Shown here: piece after piece, positions 40,422 through 49,860 of the stretch | How the letters are laid out: every line of letters starts with the position of its first letter | Position numbering within the stretch: the first letter of the stretch is position 1 | NCBI GenBank assembly: GCA_035581765.1 | Contig: DATISN010000274.1 | Span: forward strand, 4,234 to 68,233 | Length of the DNA stretch: 64,000 nt | Reading direction: 5' to 3' | Source of the DNA: Halomonas sp. | GTDB taxonomy: Bacteria > Pseudomonadota > Gammaproteobacteria > Pseudomonadales > Halomonadaceae | Notes under the pieces: model-generated | The model's database searches: none | The model's input: only the letters and a program-made list of their open reading frames with translations | Told to the model about the DNA's origin: nothing | Made by a program: the position numbers and the translations under genes

Positions 40422-41825
40422 GTGAATGTCCTCGACACCTTTTACCAGCTCACCCCCTCGCCCGGCCTGTTGCTGCTGATCATCGGCACCATCGCCCTGG
40501 TGGAGTCCCTGGCCTTGGTCGGCCTGCTCGTTCCCGGCGTGGTATTGATCACGGCCAGCGCCTCGCTGGCCGGCCATCAGGCGCTGGCACCCGCCACGGT
40601 GATTTTCGTCGCGTTCCTGGGTGCCGTGATCGGCGACGGCCTGAGCTTCTGGCTGGGCTATACCCAGCGCGAGAACGTGAACCGGCTGTGGCCACTTTCC
40701 CGCTACCCGGAGTGGATCGATCACGGCGAGCGTTTCTTCCGACGATACGGCACCTTCTCGGTCTTTCTTGGCCGCTTCGTGGGGCCGGTTCGCCCCGTCA
40801 TCCCGATGGTCGCGGGCATGCTGCAGATGTCGCCCCGCACCTTCACGCTTGCCAACGTGCTCTCGGCCATTCTGTGGGCCCCCGCCTATGTATTGCCCGG
40901 CTATTTGATGGGGCGCGCCTGGCAGGAGCGGCTCCACCTGCCGCAAGCGCTGGAGCACTGGCTCATCGCCCTGGGGGGGCTGATCGTGCTCCTCGCCGTG
41001 ATGTTTTCCTGGCTTCGCCATCAAACCCACCGCGACGGCCTGGTCTATCGCGGCCTGAATTGGCTAGCCCGACGGCATCCCCAGGGGCGGAGGCTATGGC
41101 GGCTGCTTTCATCGCCACACGACAAGGACCCCCCGCTGGCCTCATGGCTGCTACTGCTCTTTTCGCTGATGGCGCTCTCCGCCTGGACACTGGTGATCAT
41201 CCATCACCAGGGGCCATTGCCCATGGACCAGCAATTGCACGATCTCCTGGTCTCCCTGGCCGTCCCCGGGATAGGCATGCTGGGTCAGGGTCTGGCAAAA
41301 GTCGGTGACTGGCTTGGCATCGCCATGCTGGCGCTGCCATGGGGCGTCTGGCTAGTGTCACGGCGGCAACTGGCGGCATTGGGGCATATCTTGGGCGGCC
41401 TGGTCGGGATCGCCATCCTCAACACCCTCGGCAAGGCCGTCATCGGCCGCGAACGCCCCGGCACCCCCGACTATCTCGCCGACTCGCTGGCCTACCCCAG
41501 CGCAGATGCGTCCAGCGCGGTGGTCCTGTTCGGCATGGCAGCCGCCTTCATCGCCCGGGAGCTGCCACCCGGACACCGTTTCTGGGCCTATTGGGGTGCC
41601 ATCGCCATCATCGTGCCCATGGCCCTCTCGCGTTTGATGATCGGGGTTCACTGGCTCAGCGACGAGATCGGAGGGGCCCTGCTCGGTCTGGTAGTCTGCG
41701 CCCTGGTACAGCTGGCCTGGCTGAGATTTCCGAGACACTCCCTGACGCCTTGCCCCTGGCCGCCGTTGGTCATCGCCTCGCTGGCCCTGGTCAGCGCCCG
41801 CGTGGTCTGGTGGCCGCCGGTTTAA
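40422..41825 (+). CDS. Bifunctional DedA/PAP2 membrane protein (LssY-like)
   Basis: ESLALVGLLVPG, GRFVGPVR (DedA); K...RERP, YPSAD, SR...GVHWLSD (PAP2). Confidence 0.88.
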   Translation: MNVLDTFYQLTPSPGLLLLIIGTIALVESLALVGLLVPGVVLITASASLAGHQALAPATVIFVAFLGAVIGDGLSFWLGYTQRENVNRLWPLSRYPEWIDHGERFFRRYGTFSVFLGRFVGPVRPVIPMVAGMLQMSPRTFTLANVLSAILWAPAYVLPGYLMGRAWQERLHLPQALEHWLIALGGLIVLLAVMFSWLRHQTHRDGLVYRGLNWLARRHPQGRRLWRLLSSPHDKDPPLASWLLLLFSLMALSAWTLVIIHHQGPLPMDQQLHDLLVSLAVPGIGMLGQGLAKVGDWLGIAMLALPWGVWLVSRRQLAALGHILGGLVGIAILNTLGKAVIGRERPGTPDYLADSLAYPSADASSAVVLFGMAAAFIARELPPGHRFWAYWGAIAIIVPMALSRLMIGVHWLSDEIGGALLGLVVCALVQLAWLRFPRHSLTPCPWPPLVIASLALVSARVVWWPPV

Positions 41826-42445
41826 CCGAGCGCCAGCCAGCCGCCCACGCCGATCATCAACGAACCGGCGAAGCGATTGAGCAGCCGCAGATTGCGCGTT
41901 TCACCGAGCAGGCGGCGCAGGCTGCGCCCGCCGGCGGCATAGAGCAGCAGACAGACAAACTCGATGGCCAAAATCAGCGCGACCAGCACCGTCAGTTGCC
42001 CGAACAAGGGACGTCCGGCATCGAGGAACGGCGGCAACAGCGCCACGAAGAAGGCCCAGCCCTTGGGATTGGCCACCGCCGTCACGAACCCCTGTAACGC
42101 CAGTTGACGGCGTGATGCCGGCGGCATGTCCATGCTGTCCAACGGGATCGCCATGCGCCCGCGGCTGCGCCACATCATGATTCCCAGATACGCCAGATAG
42201 AGCCCGCCCAGCCACTTGAACACCGCAAACCACTCGGGCTGTCGCAGCATGAGCGCGGCGACCCCGGCCCCCGAGGCGGCGGCCACCAAGCCCACGCCAC
42301 AGAGCTCTCCGGCCATCATCCACAGGCTGCGCCTCACCCCCTGCGTCATCCCCAGCACCATGGCGAGCGTCATGCACAAGCCGGGAGTGAGAGATACCAG
42401 GAAGAAGGTCGGCACGAACACCGAAAGCATCGACAACGGAATCAA
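41822..42445 (-). CDS. LysE/RhtB family translocator
   Basis: SLTPGLCM, KWLGGLYLAYLG, VANPKGWAFF; TTGA overlap with the ubiX stop. Confidence 0.9.
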   Translation of the reverse strand: MIPLSMLSVFVPTFFLVSLTPGLCMTLAMVLGMTQGVRRSLWMMAGELCGVGLVAAASGAGVAALMLRQPEWFAVFKWLGGLYLAYLGIMMWRSRGRMAIPLDSMDMPPASRRQLALQGFVTAVANPKGWAFFVALLPPFLDAGRPLFGQLTVLVALILAIEFVCLLLYAAGGRSLRRLLGETRNLRLLNRFAGSLMIGVGGWLALG

Positions 42446-43077
42446 GAACCCTCCCCCCAGCGCGGCATCAGCCGGTGGGCAATCCCCAGCTGATTGAGAA
42501 TGCGGGCCACGATGAAGTCGATCAGGTCGTCGATACGGGTCGGCTGATGATAAAAGCCCGGTGCCGCGGGCAGAATCACCGCCCCCATACGCGTCAAGGC
42601 CAGCATGTGCTCCAGATGAATGGCCGAGAAAGGCGTCTCCCGCGGCACCAGGATCAGCTTGCGCCGCTCCTTCAGCGCCACGTCGGCGGCTCGCTCGATC
42701 AGGTTGTTGCTGGCGCCGGTGGCCACCGCTGACAGCGTTCCGGTGGAACAGGGACAGATCACCATGGCAGACGATGCCCCGGAGCCGGAGGCCACCGGGG
42801 CCATCCAGTCCTCGCGACCGAAGCAGCGTATCTGCCCCGCGCCGGCCCCCGTACGCCGGGTCAAGGCCTCGACAAGACGCTCGGGGCGCGCCGGAAGCTC
42901 GATATCGGTCTCGGTGGCGATGACCAGATGCGCCGCCTTGGAGATCATCACCCAGACCGCATGGTCGGCGGCGACCAAGGCCTCGATCAGTCTCAGCCCG
43001 TACTGGGCGCCCGATGCCCCGGTAATGGCCACCGTGACGGGTTCCTTCCAACTGCCCGGGGGGACGTCATCCGTCAT
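42442..43077 (-). CDS. ubiX: Flavin prenyltransferase
   Basis: AITGASGAQYG, ASGS, RAADVALKERR, RETP. Confidence 0.95.
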   Translation of the reverse strand: MTDDVPPGSWKEPVTVAITGASGAQYGLRLIEALVAADHAVWVMISKAAHLVIATETDIELPARPERLVEALTRRTGAGAGQIRCFGREDWMAPVASGSGASSAMVICPCSTGTLSAVATGASNNLIERAADVALKERRKLILVPRETPFSAIHLEHMLALTRMGAVILPAAPGFYHQPTRIDDLIDFIVARILNQLGIAHRLMPRWGEGS

Positions 43078-44449
43078 GCGCTATCTCCAGGGCCGCCAGC
43101 AGCTTTTCGTGAATGCCGTCGAAGCCGCCGTTGGACATCACCACGATCCGGTCCAGCGGCCGCGCCTCGGCGACCAGGGCCGCCACCAGGCCATCGAGGT
43201 CCTCGAACAAATGTGACGCGACCGGGCTCGACGCGAGCACTGGCGCGAGAGACCAGTCGAGCCCCGGTGGCTGGAACCAGAAGGCGATGTCCGCCGCGGC
43301 CACGCTGTTCGCCAGCCGATCGCGCAGGGTGCCAAGCCGCATGGTGTTGGAACGGGGCTCGATGACCGCCAGCAGGCGACCGCGTGGCGTTGCGGCGCGA
43401 AGCCCCTCCAGCGTGGCCGCGATCGCCGTGGGATGATGGGCGAAATCGTCGATGACCTGGATGCCGGCGACGTCGCCGCGCAGTTCCTGTCGTCGCCGCG
43501 GCGTCTCGAAGCGTGAGAGTGCCGCCGCCCCACGAGCCAGATCCACACCCAAGACGCTGGCTGCGGCGAGGGCGGCCAAGGCGTTGCGGGCGTTGTAGGC
43601 ACCGGTCAAGGGCCAATCGACCACCGCGTCTTCATCCACCTCGGCCTGCTGGTGGATAACCTGGAAGCGCGACGCATCATCGCGCTCCAGCAGCAGCCGC
43701 CAGGGACTGGTCGTCACCGTACCGAAGCGCTCGACCGGCGTCCAGCAACCCAGCTCGAGCACACGGTCCAGCGCCGGCTCGCCATCGGCCACCAGCAGGC
43801 GGCCACGACCGGGTATCGTGCGGACCAGATGATGAAATTGACGCTCGATGGCGGCAAGGTCGGGGAAGATGTCGGCGTGGTCGAACTCGAGGTTGCCGAG
43901 AATGGCAATCTCGGGTCGGTAATGGACGAACTTGGACCGCTTGTCGAAGAAGGCCGTGTCGTATTCGTCGGCCTCCACGACAAAGGGCGCGCCTTCGCCC
44001 CCCAGGCGCGCCGATACGCCGAAGTTTCTCGGCACCCCGCCGATCAGAAAACCCGGCGCGAGGCCCGCGGACTCCAGCAGCCAGGCAAGCAGGCTCGCCG
44101 TGGTAGTCTTGCCGTGAGTGCCGGCCACCGCAATCACGTGCCGCCCGGGCAACACCTGCTCGGCCAGCCATTCGGGGCCGGACAGGTAGGGCAGCCCTGC
44201 ATCGAGTACCGCCTCGACCTCCGGGTTGCCGCGCGAGAGCGCATTGCCGATCACCACCCTGTCCGGACGCGGCTCGAGATTGGCGGGCGAATAGCCATTG
44301 CGCAGAATAATCCCCGCCTCCTCAAGCTGAGTGCTCATCGGCGGGTAGACGTTGGCATCCGAGCCACTGACGGTGAACCCCAGTTCTCGACCCAGCAAGG
44401 CCAGGCTGCCCATGAAGGTGCCGCAGATACCGAGAATGTGAAGGTGCAT
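43067..44449 (-). CDS. mpl: Murein peptide ligase
   Basis: HILGICGTFMG, GTHGKTTT, EADEYDTAFFDKRSKF, DDFAHHPT. Confidence 0.97.
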   Translation of the reverse strand: MHLHILGICGTFMGSLALLGRELGFTVSGSDANVYPPMSTQLEEAGIILRNGYSPANLEPRPDRVVIGNALSRGNPEVEAVLDAGLPYLSGPEWLAEQVLPGRHVIAVAGTHGKTTTASLLAWLLESAGLAPGFLIGGVPRNFGVSARLGGEGAPFVVEADEYDTAFFDKRSKFVHYRPEIAILGNLEFDHADIFPDLAAIERQFHHLVRTIPGRGRLLVADGEPALDRVLELGCWTPVERFGTVTTSPWRLLLERDDASRFQVIHQQAEVDEDAVVDWPLTGAYNARNALAALAAASVLGVDLARGAAALSRFETPRRRQELRGDVAGIQVIDDFAHHPTAIAATLEGLRAATPRGRLLAVIEPRSNTMRLGTLRDRLANSVAAADIAFWFQPPGLDWSLAPVLASSPVASHLFEDLDGLVAALVAEARPLDRIVVMSNGGFDGIHEKLLAALEIAHDG

Positions 44450-44654
44450 GTGCTCTCCGGGAAAGCTCGCCGCCGCAGGCTACGGCTGGGTAGCGGGAGA
44501 CTAGCATGGCGGCTTCGACCGGCTCCAGCCAACCGCAAGCCAAAAGCGCCTGACGGCGCCTCCGGCCACCCGGCGCGGATGCAGCCCATGCCACTTTCGG
44601 CTAGACTCAACTCCTTTCCGAACCCCTTGATGCTAGCAGGAGCAGTAAAGCCCC

Positions 44655-45914
44655 ATGGCCCAGCACAACGCCTTCTACGCCCAGTCCGGTGGCGTCACTG
44701 CCGTGATCAACGCCAGCGCATGCGGTGTCATCCAGGCCTGTCGGCGTCACTCGGACCGCATCGGTAATGTCTATGCCGGCCACAACGGCATTATCGGCGC
44801 GCTCACCGAGGATTTGATCGACGTTGGCCGCGAATCCGACGAGACCATCGCCGCGCTGCGCCACACGCCCGGCGGCGCCTTCGGCTCCTGCCGCTACAAG
44901 CTCAAGGACATCGAGAGTCACCGCGCCCAGTACGAGCGCTTGATCGAAGTCTTCAAGGCACATGACATCCGCTACTTCTTCTACAACGGCGGCGGCGACA
45001 GCGCCGACACCTGCCTCAAGGTCTCGCAGCTGTCCGAAAAGCTGGGCTACCCGTTGACCGCGATTCACGTCCCCAAGACCGTGGATAACGATCTGCCCAT
45101 TACCGACAACTCGCCTGGCTTCGGCAGCGTGGCCAAGTACATCGCCACTTCCACCCTCGAGGCCTCGCTGGACATCGAATCCATGTGCGCCACCTCGACC
45201 AAGGTGTTCGTGCTCGAAGTGATGGGGCGCCATGCCGGCTGGATCGCTGCCTCAGGGGCGCTGGCGGGCGAAGGCGAAGGCGAACCGCCGCATCTGGTGA
45301 TCTTCCCCGAGGTCGCCTTCAACCGGGCGGCCGTCATGGCCCGGGTTGAAGACGCCGTGAAACGCTACGGCTACTGCGTCATCGTGGTGTCCGAGGGGGC
45401 GCGCTATCAGGACGGCACCTTCCTGGCCGACTCCGGCAACACCGATGCCTTCGGCCATCGCCAGCTGGGCGGCGTGGCGCCCACGCTTGCCGGCATGGTC
45501 AAGCAGGATCTGGGCTACAAGTACCATTGGGCCGTGGCCGATTATCTGCAACGCGCCGCGCGCCACCTGGCGTCGAAGACCGACGTCGAGCAGGCCTACG
45601 CCGTCGGCGAGAAAGCCGTGGAACTGGCACTCGAAGGTCAGAACGCCATGATGCCGGCGATCAAGCGCATCAGCGATACGCCCTATCAATGGCGCATCGA
45701 GGCCGCCCCCCTGGCCGAGGTGGCCAACCGCGAGAAGTTCATGCCGAAGGAATTCATTCGCGACGATGGTTTCGGTATCACCGACGCCTGCCGCCGGTAT
45801 CTGTCACCGCTGATCCAGGGCGAGGACTTTCCCCCGTTCGTCAACGGCTTGCCCAAGGTCGCCAGGCTGGCCATGCACAAGGTCGAGCGCAAGCTACCCG
45901 ACTTTACCCTCTAG
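44655..45914 (+). CDS. pfp: 6-phosphofructokinase, probably PPi-dependent
   Basis: QSGGVTAVIN, GGGDS, PKTVDND, EVMGRHAGW. Confidence 0.88.
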   Translation: MAQHNAFYAQSGGVTAVINASACGVIQACRRHSDRIGNVYAGHNGIIGALTEDLIDVGRESDETIAALRHTPGGAFGSCRYKLKDIESHRAQYERLIEVFKAHDIRYFFYNGGGDSADTCLKVSQLSEKLGYPLTAIHVPKTVDNDLPITDNSPGFGSVAKYIATSTLEASLDIESMCATSTKVFVLEVMGRHAGWIAASGALAGEGEGEPPHLVIFPEVAFNRAAVMARVEDAVKRYGYCVIVVSEGARYQDGTFLADSGNTDAFGHRQLGGVAPTLAGMVKQDLGYKYHWAVADYLQRAARHLASKTDVEQAYAVGEKAVELALEGQNAMMPAIKRISDTPYQWRIEAAPLAEVANREKFMPKEFIRDDGFGITDACRRYLSPLIQGEDFPPFVNGLPKVARLAMHKVERKLPDFTL

Positions 45915-45923
45915 GCCGCACGC

Positions 45924-47651
45924 TTACCTCAGAAGCCACGACAAGACCAGCAGCAAGAGCAGCACTCCCGCCACTCCCTGCCAGAAACGAGCCGGCTCGC
46001 GAAACAGTCGCGGGACGGCTCGGCGCCCCTGTCGATCCTCTCCCAGCGGGCGACGCAGTGCGTGCAGGAATTCCGACAACCGCCGGTAACGCAGCGAGCG
46101 CTGAGGGTCCAGGGCGCGGCGCAGCGCATCGTCCAGTGCCGCGTCCACTTCGGGGTTGCGGGTTCTGGCGCTACGGTAACTGAGTTGCTCCAGATCGGTG
46201 TGGCTGCGCAGGCGGTCGGGGGTCAGCGCGTAGGGCAGCTCGTCGGTCAACAGCCAGTAGACGGTGGACGCGTACGAATACTGGTCACTGCGGCGCCCCA
46301 CCTCATCGCCCAGGGCATATTCCGGGGCGGTATGCTGCGTAAGCCCCACCTGATTGACCAGCTGCCGGGAGCGCTTGTGACCGTCGACATCGCGAAGGTG
46401 GCAGGCACTGAAATCGATCAGCACCACCTGGCCGTGGGGGTCGATCAACACGTTGCCGGGGTGGATCTGCTGATGCAGCAGGTCGCGATGATGCAGGGCC
46501 TGGATCGCCTTGCCTAATTGGTTGGCAATGTCCAGCCGCTGCACCAGGCTGGCCTGTGGATGCTTGCGCGCCCATTCAACGAGCGTCTCGCCTTCCACGT
46601 GGGCCATCAGGTAATAGAGATAACGTCGCGGCCGCGAGGACTCCATGATGCGAACCACGAAGGGCGACTTGACTCGCTCGACGACCCACTGTTGCAGCAG
46701 GAAGTGTTCGAGATAGGCGTTGCGGGTGGATAGCTCGGGGCTCGGCGCCTTCATCACCATCTCACGCTCGGTGAGTACGTCGCGCACGCGGTAGACCCGC
46801 GACTGCGCCGTTCGCGACAGCACCGCCTGCACCTCGAGACCGTCCAGGCGATCGCCGGGTGAAAGCTCTGGCGGTATCGGCAGATCGCCGTAGACCTTTC
46901 CGGGATGATCCCGCTCCTCGTCCGGTAGCTGATCGATCCGCACCAGCTGAAAGCAGAACTGCTCGGCCCCGTAGCCGCGCGACTGAGCCCGCGAAATGGC
47001 CGCCTCGGTCAACCGTTCGCAGGCGGCGTCCAGATCACTGGCGTCCTGACGGATCAGCTGCACGTATTCCGATGGCATCAGCGTGCCTTGAGCGACCTGA
47101 GTGGTAAAAAGAAACAGATCGCCCTGCTTGAGTGGCATCTTCAGATAATCGATATCGAGGCTGGCATCCATGCCGAGCGCCCGGGAGGGATAACGGTATC
47201 CGCCCAGGTCATTGACATGATCGCGGGAAAGCTGCTCGAACTCGGCGCCACGCAAGCGGAACACCAGGGTGTCACCCATGTGAAAGAGATGCGCCTCGCG
47301 ACCCCGAAAGATCAGTGCCGACAGCGAGGCGACATAGCTGCCCTCGGCGAGAAGCTTGCTCTGGCTGTAGCACCAGCCGTTGAGCGCATAGAGCACCCGC
47401 GTGGCCGAGGTCTTGATGTCCCAGTGGTCCGGCGTGGAAAAGTAGTCGGTGAGAAAGCCACGCACGCTGAGATCGCCCGCCTGCTTGGCGTTGGTGTTGC
47501 GCGACGTCGAATCGCTGATCAGCGCACAGGCTCCCTTCGCGTCGAGCAGCGTCGATTCGGGCAGACGCACCGACATGGAACTACGATGACGGTGTCGCTC
47601 CGGGGCAACGAAGGCCTGCCCGTAACTCAATGACAGCTGAGCGGTTGCCAA
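45924..47651 (-). CDS. PP2C-like/Ser-Thr-kinase-like fusion with a C-terminal TM; both catalytic sites look degenerate
   Basis: HMGDT, SRALG (PP2C-like); VMKAP, HQQIHPGN, IDFS, APE, SDQYS (kinase-like); TTG start after GAGGAG. Confidence 0.85.
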   Translation of the reverse strand: MATAQLSLSYGQAFVAPERHRHRSSMSVRLPESTLLDAKGACALISDSTSRNTNAKQAGDLSVRGFLTDYFSTPDHWDIKTSATRVLYALNGWCYSQSKLLAEGSYVASLSALIFRGREAHLFHMGDTLVFRLRGAEFEQLSRDHVNDLGGYRYPSRALGMDASLDIDYLKMPLKQGDLFLFTTQVAQGTLMPSEYVQLIRQDASDLDAACERLTEAAISRAQSRGYGAEQFCFQLVRIDQLPDEERDHPGKVYGDLPIPPELSPGDRLDGLEVQAVLSRTAQSRVYRVRDVLTEREMVMKAPSPELSTRNAYLEHFLLQQWVVERVKSPFVVRIMESSRPRRYLYYLMAHVEGETLVEWARKHPQASLVQRLDIANQLGKAIQALHHRDLLHQQIHPGNVLIDPHGQVVLIDFSACHLRDVDGHKRSRQLVNQVGLTQHTAPEYALGDEVGRRSDQYSYASTVYWLLTDELPYALTPDRLRSHTDLEQLSYRSARTRNPEVDAALDDALRRALDPQRSLRYRRLSEFLHALRRPLGEDRQGRRAVPRLFREPARFWQGVAGVLLLLLVLSWLLR

Positions 47652-47812
47652 GGCGTTCTCCTCTGGTCGACACGGCCGACCACGGAGCCGGCGGGTTTGC
47701 TCGATTCGTCCATGATACATGGGTCCTTGATCGCGTTGGCCAACGCCAAGGCAATCGCGACTCCCCGCCATCGGCACCGGCGCGGGCATGGGGGCGGGCA
47801 TCTAATGTCTCA

Positions 47813-47842
47813 TTGGTAATAGCCCTCGCGGCTCCGTATAAT
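47813..47842 (+). promoter_or_regulatory. Sigma70-like promoter for ppa
   Basis: TTGGTA-N18-TATAAT. Confidence 0.5.
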
Positions 47843-47895
47843 TCGGCAACTTTTTCGTCCATTCGATTCCGATTCGCCAACCCAAGGAAGTGACG

Positions 47896-48426
47896 ATGAA
47901 TTTCGACAACATCCCCTCCGGCAAGGACCTCCCCAACGACGTGTTCGTGGTGATCGAGATCCCGGCCAACCACACGCCGATCAAGTACGAAATCGACAAG
48001 GACATGGGCGCCCTGCTGGTCGATCGCTTCATGGCCACTCCGATGTTCTATCCGGCCAATTACGGGTTCATCCCGCATACCCTGGCCGACGATGGTGACG
48101 CCCTGGACGCGCTGGTCGTGACGCCGTATCCGGTGCAGGCCGGTGCCATCATCCGCGCCCGTCCGGTTGGCATCCTCAACATGACCGACGAGGCCGGGGA
48201 AGACGCCAAGCTGGTCTGCGTCCCCCATCCCAAGCTTTCAAGCCTCTACGACGAGGTCCAGGAAGTCACGGACCTGCCGGAGTTGCTGCGCCAGCAGATC
48301 GCGCATTTCTTCGAGAACTACAAGGATCTCGAGAAAGGCAAGTGGGTCAAGGTCGAATCCTGGGAAGGCGCCGAGGCCGCGCGCAAGGCCATCGAAAAAT
48401 CGGTTGCCGCTTTCGAAAAGGCCTGA
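47896..48426 (+). CDS. ppa: Inorganic pyrophosphatase
   Basis: [35 protein letters not shown]. Confidence 0.97.
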   Translation: MNFDNIPSGKDLPNDVFVVIEIPANHTPIKYEIDKDMGALLVDRFMATPMFYPANYGFIPHTLADDGDALDALVVTPYPVQAGAIIRARPVGILNMTDEAGEDAKLVCVPHPKLSSLYDEVQEVTDLPELLRQQIAHFFENYKDLEKGKWVKVESWEGAEAARKAIEKSVAAFEKA

Positions 48427-48479
48427 CGGCCCCCTTATCACTGCGCGAGCGCCGCAGACGGACGTGAAAAGATCGGAAG

Positions 48480-48511
48480 AAAAAGGCTCGCCTCTCGGGG
48501 CGAGCCTTTTT
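48480..48511. terminator. Bidirectional rho-independent terminator
   Basis: AAAAAGGCTCGCC-loop-GGCGAGCCTTTTT between convergent genes. Confidence 0.88.
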
Positions 48512-48524
48512 ATCGGGGACGGTA

Positions 48525-49619
48525 TCACGACTGTTCTGGCGCTGAGTCCTCCTCGGCAGGCTCGATGACCTCGACCGGCGTCGACTCTGCCTCCCTGTCT
48601 GCAGCATCGTCCATGGCCCTCGCATCTTCCGCCTGTGCGACTCGCTCGGCGATCTGGCGGGTCAGGTCCCGCGCCCGAACGATGTGGTTGGCCATCACCA
48701 GCGAATGATTGGCGAACACCCCGAAACCGGAACCGTTGAGGATCATCGGACTCCACAGTCGGCGCTGGGTACGTTCCAGCTCGGCCACCAGCAACGTCAT
48801 GTCATCGAGGGCGCCGGCCGCTTCAAGCACGTCGGCCTGGTCGCGGCGCATCGCCTCCAGAAGATGTATCAGTGCCCAGCCGCTGCCACGCGCCTCGAAG
48901 AAGATGTTGTCCACGCGATACCAGGGCGTGCGGGGCGGCATCTCTCCATCCTCGAGCCCGAGCTCTCGGAGGCGATCGCGGCTGCCGACACTGGCCGACA
49001 GACTCGTCCCGAGGCCATCGAGACGCTGCGCCACTTGGTCCAGCCAGCCAGCAAGTCCTGCACCGGCCGCAAAGCCGGCATCTTGTGAGCCCAATGCTTT
49101 CAAATAGCCCTCCAGCGACACCAGAGACTCTTCGAGCTGATGCTCGATGGTGGGGTTGAACCATGCCTCGCTGTCGTGGGTCAAGCGCTCAATGACCTCG
49201 TCATGCAGGGCGAAATTACCTTCCTCCATGGCCGGCAAGGCGCGCGCCAGGTCACGGGCCTGATTCAGCACGCCCAACTCCCAGTTGGGCATGTTGTCGA
49301 GCCACACGCCCGGCGGCGTTAGATCATTGCGCAGGTACCCGCCCGGCTTGTCGAGAAGCGTGTCGAGTGTGGTCATCAACGCGGCGGTGGTCACGGCGCC
49401 GCGGGCCGCCGGCGACGTCTCAGTTCGTTGAGCCGCGGTGGCCTGCTCCACATCGAAGGTGGCCGGCGTCCGGCTCCACCAGATGCCCAGCCCCACGGCA
49501 ATCAACAGGGCGATCAGCAGCAACACCAGCAACGGCTTCCAGATCCAGCCATAATCCGGGCGTTCGAGCGCCTCGATCCTTGCTTGACGCCTTGCGGCGC
49601 CGTTTCTCGTCAAAGCCAT
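48525..49619 (-). CDS. DUF2333 family protein
   Basis: One TM segment, LLDKPGGYLRND, DNMPNWELG, DNIFFEARG, ILNGSGFGVFANHS. Confidence 0.85.
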   Translation of the reverse strand: MALTRNGAARRQARIEALERPDYGWIWKPLLVLLLIALLIAVGLGIWWSRTPATFDVEQATAAQRTETSPAARGAVTTAALMTTLDTLLDKPGGYLRNDLTPPGVWLDNMPNWELGVLNQARDLARALPAMEEGNFALHDEVIERLTHDSEAWFNPTIEHQLEESLVSLEGYLKALGSQDAGFAAGAGLAGWLDQVAQRLDGLGTSLSASVGSRDRLRELGLEDGEMPPRTPWYRVDNIFFEARGSGWALIHLLEAMRRDQADVLEAAGALDDMTLLVAELERTQRRLWSPMILNGSGFGVFANHSLVMANHIVRARDLTRQIAERVAQAEDARAMDDAADREAESTPVEVIEPAEEDSAPEQS

Positions 49620-49860
49620 GAGCTTGGTTCCCTGGAAAAGACAAAGGTTGGTGAAAACGACGAGCCACACTCGATACGGAAGTAACGGCGCGACATCGGG
49701 GCGCACCCCATCGGCCCCGCAGATGGTCAACAGTCATCGCCTTCTGCGATATCCTAGCAGCTCACCGATAAGTTGGACCCGGATCGGAACCGCCAACGCC
49801 TCAACGGGTCCGATTTCACGTCGCTGGTGATATGACTAGGTCATCGAAAAAAGGAAGCTC

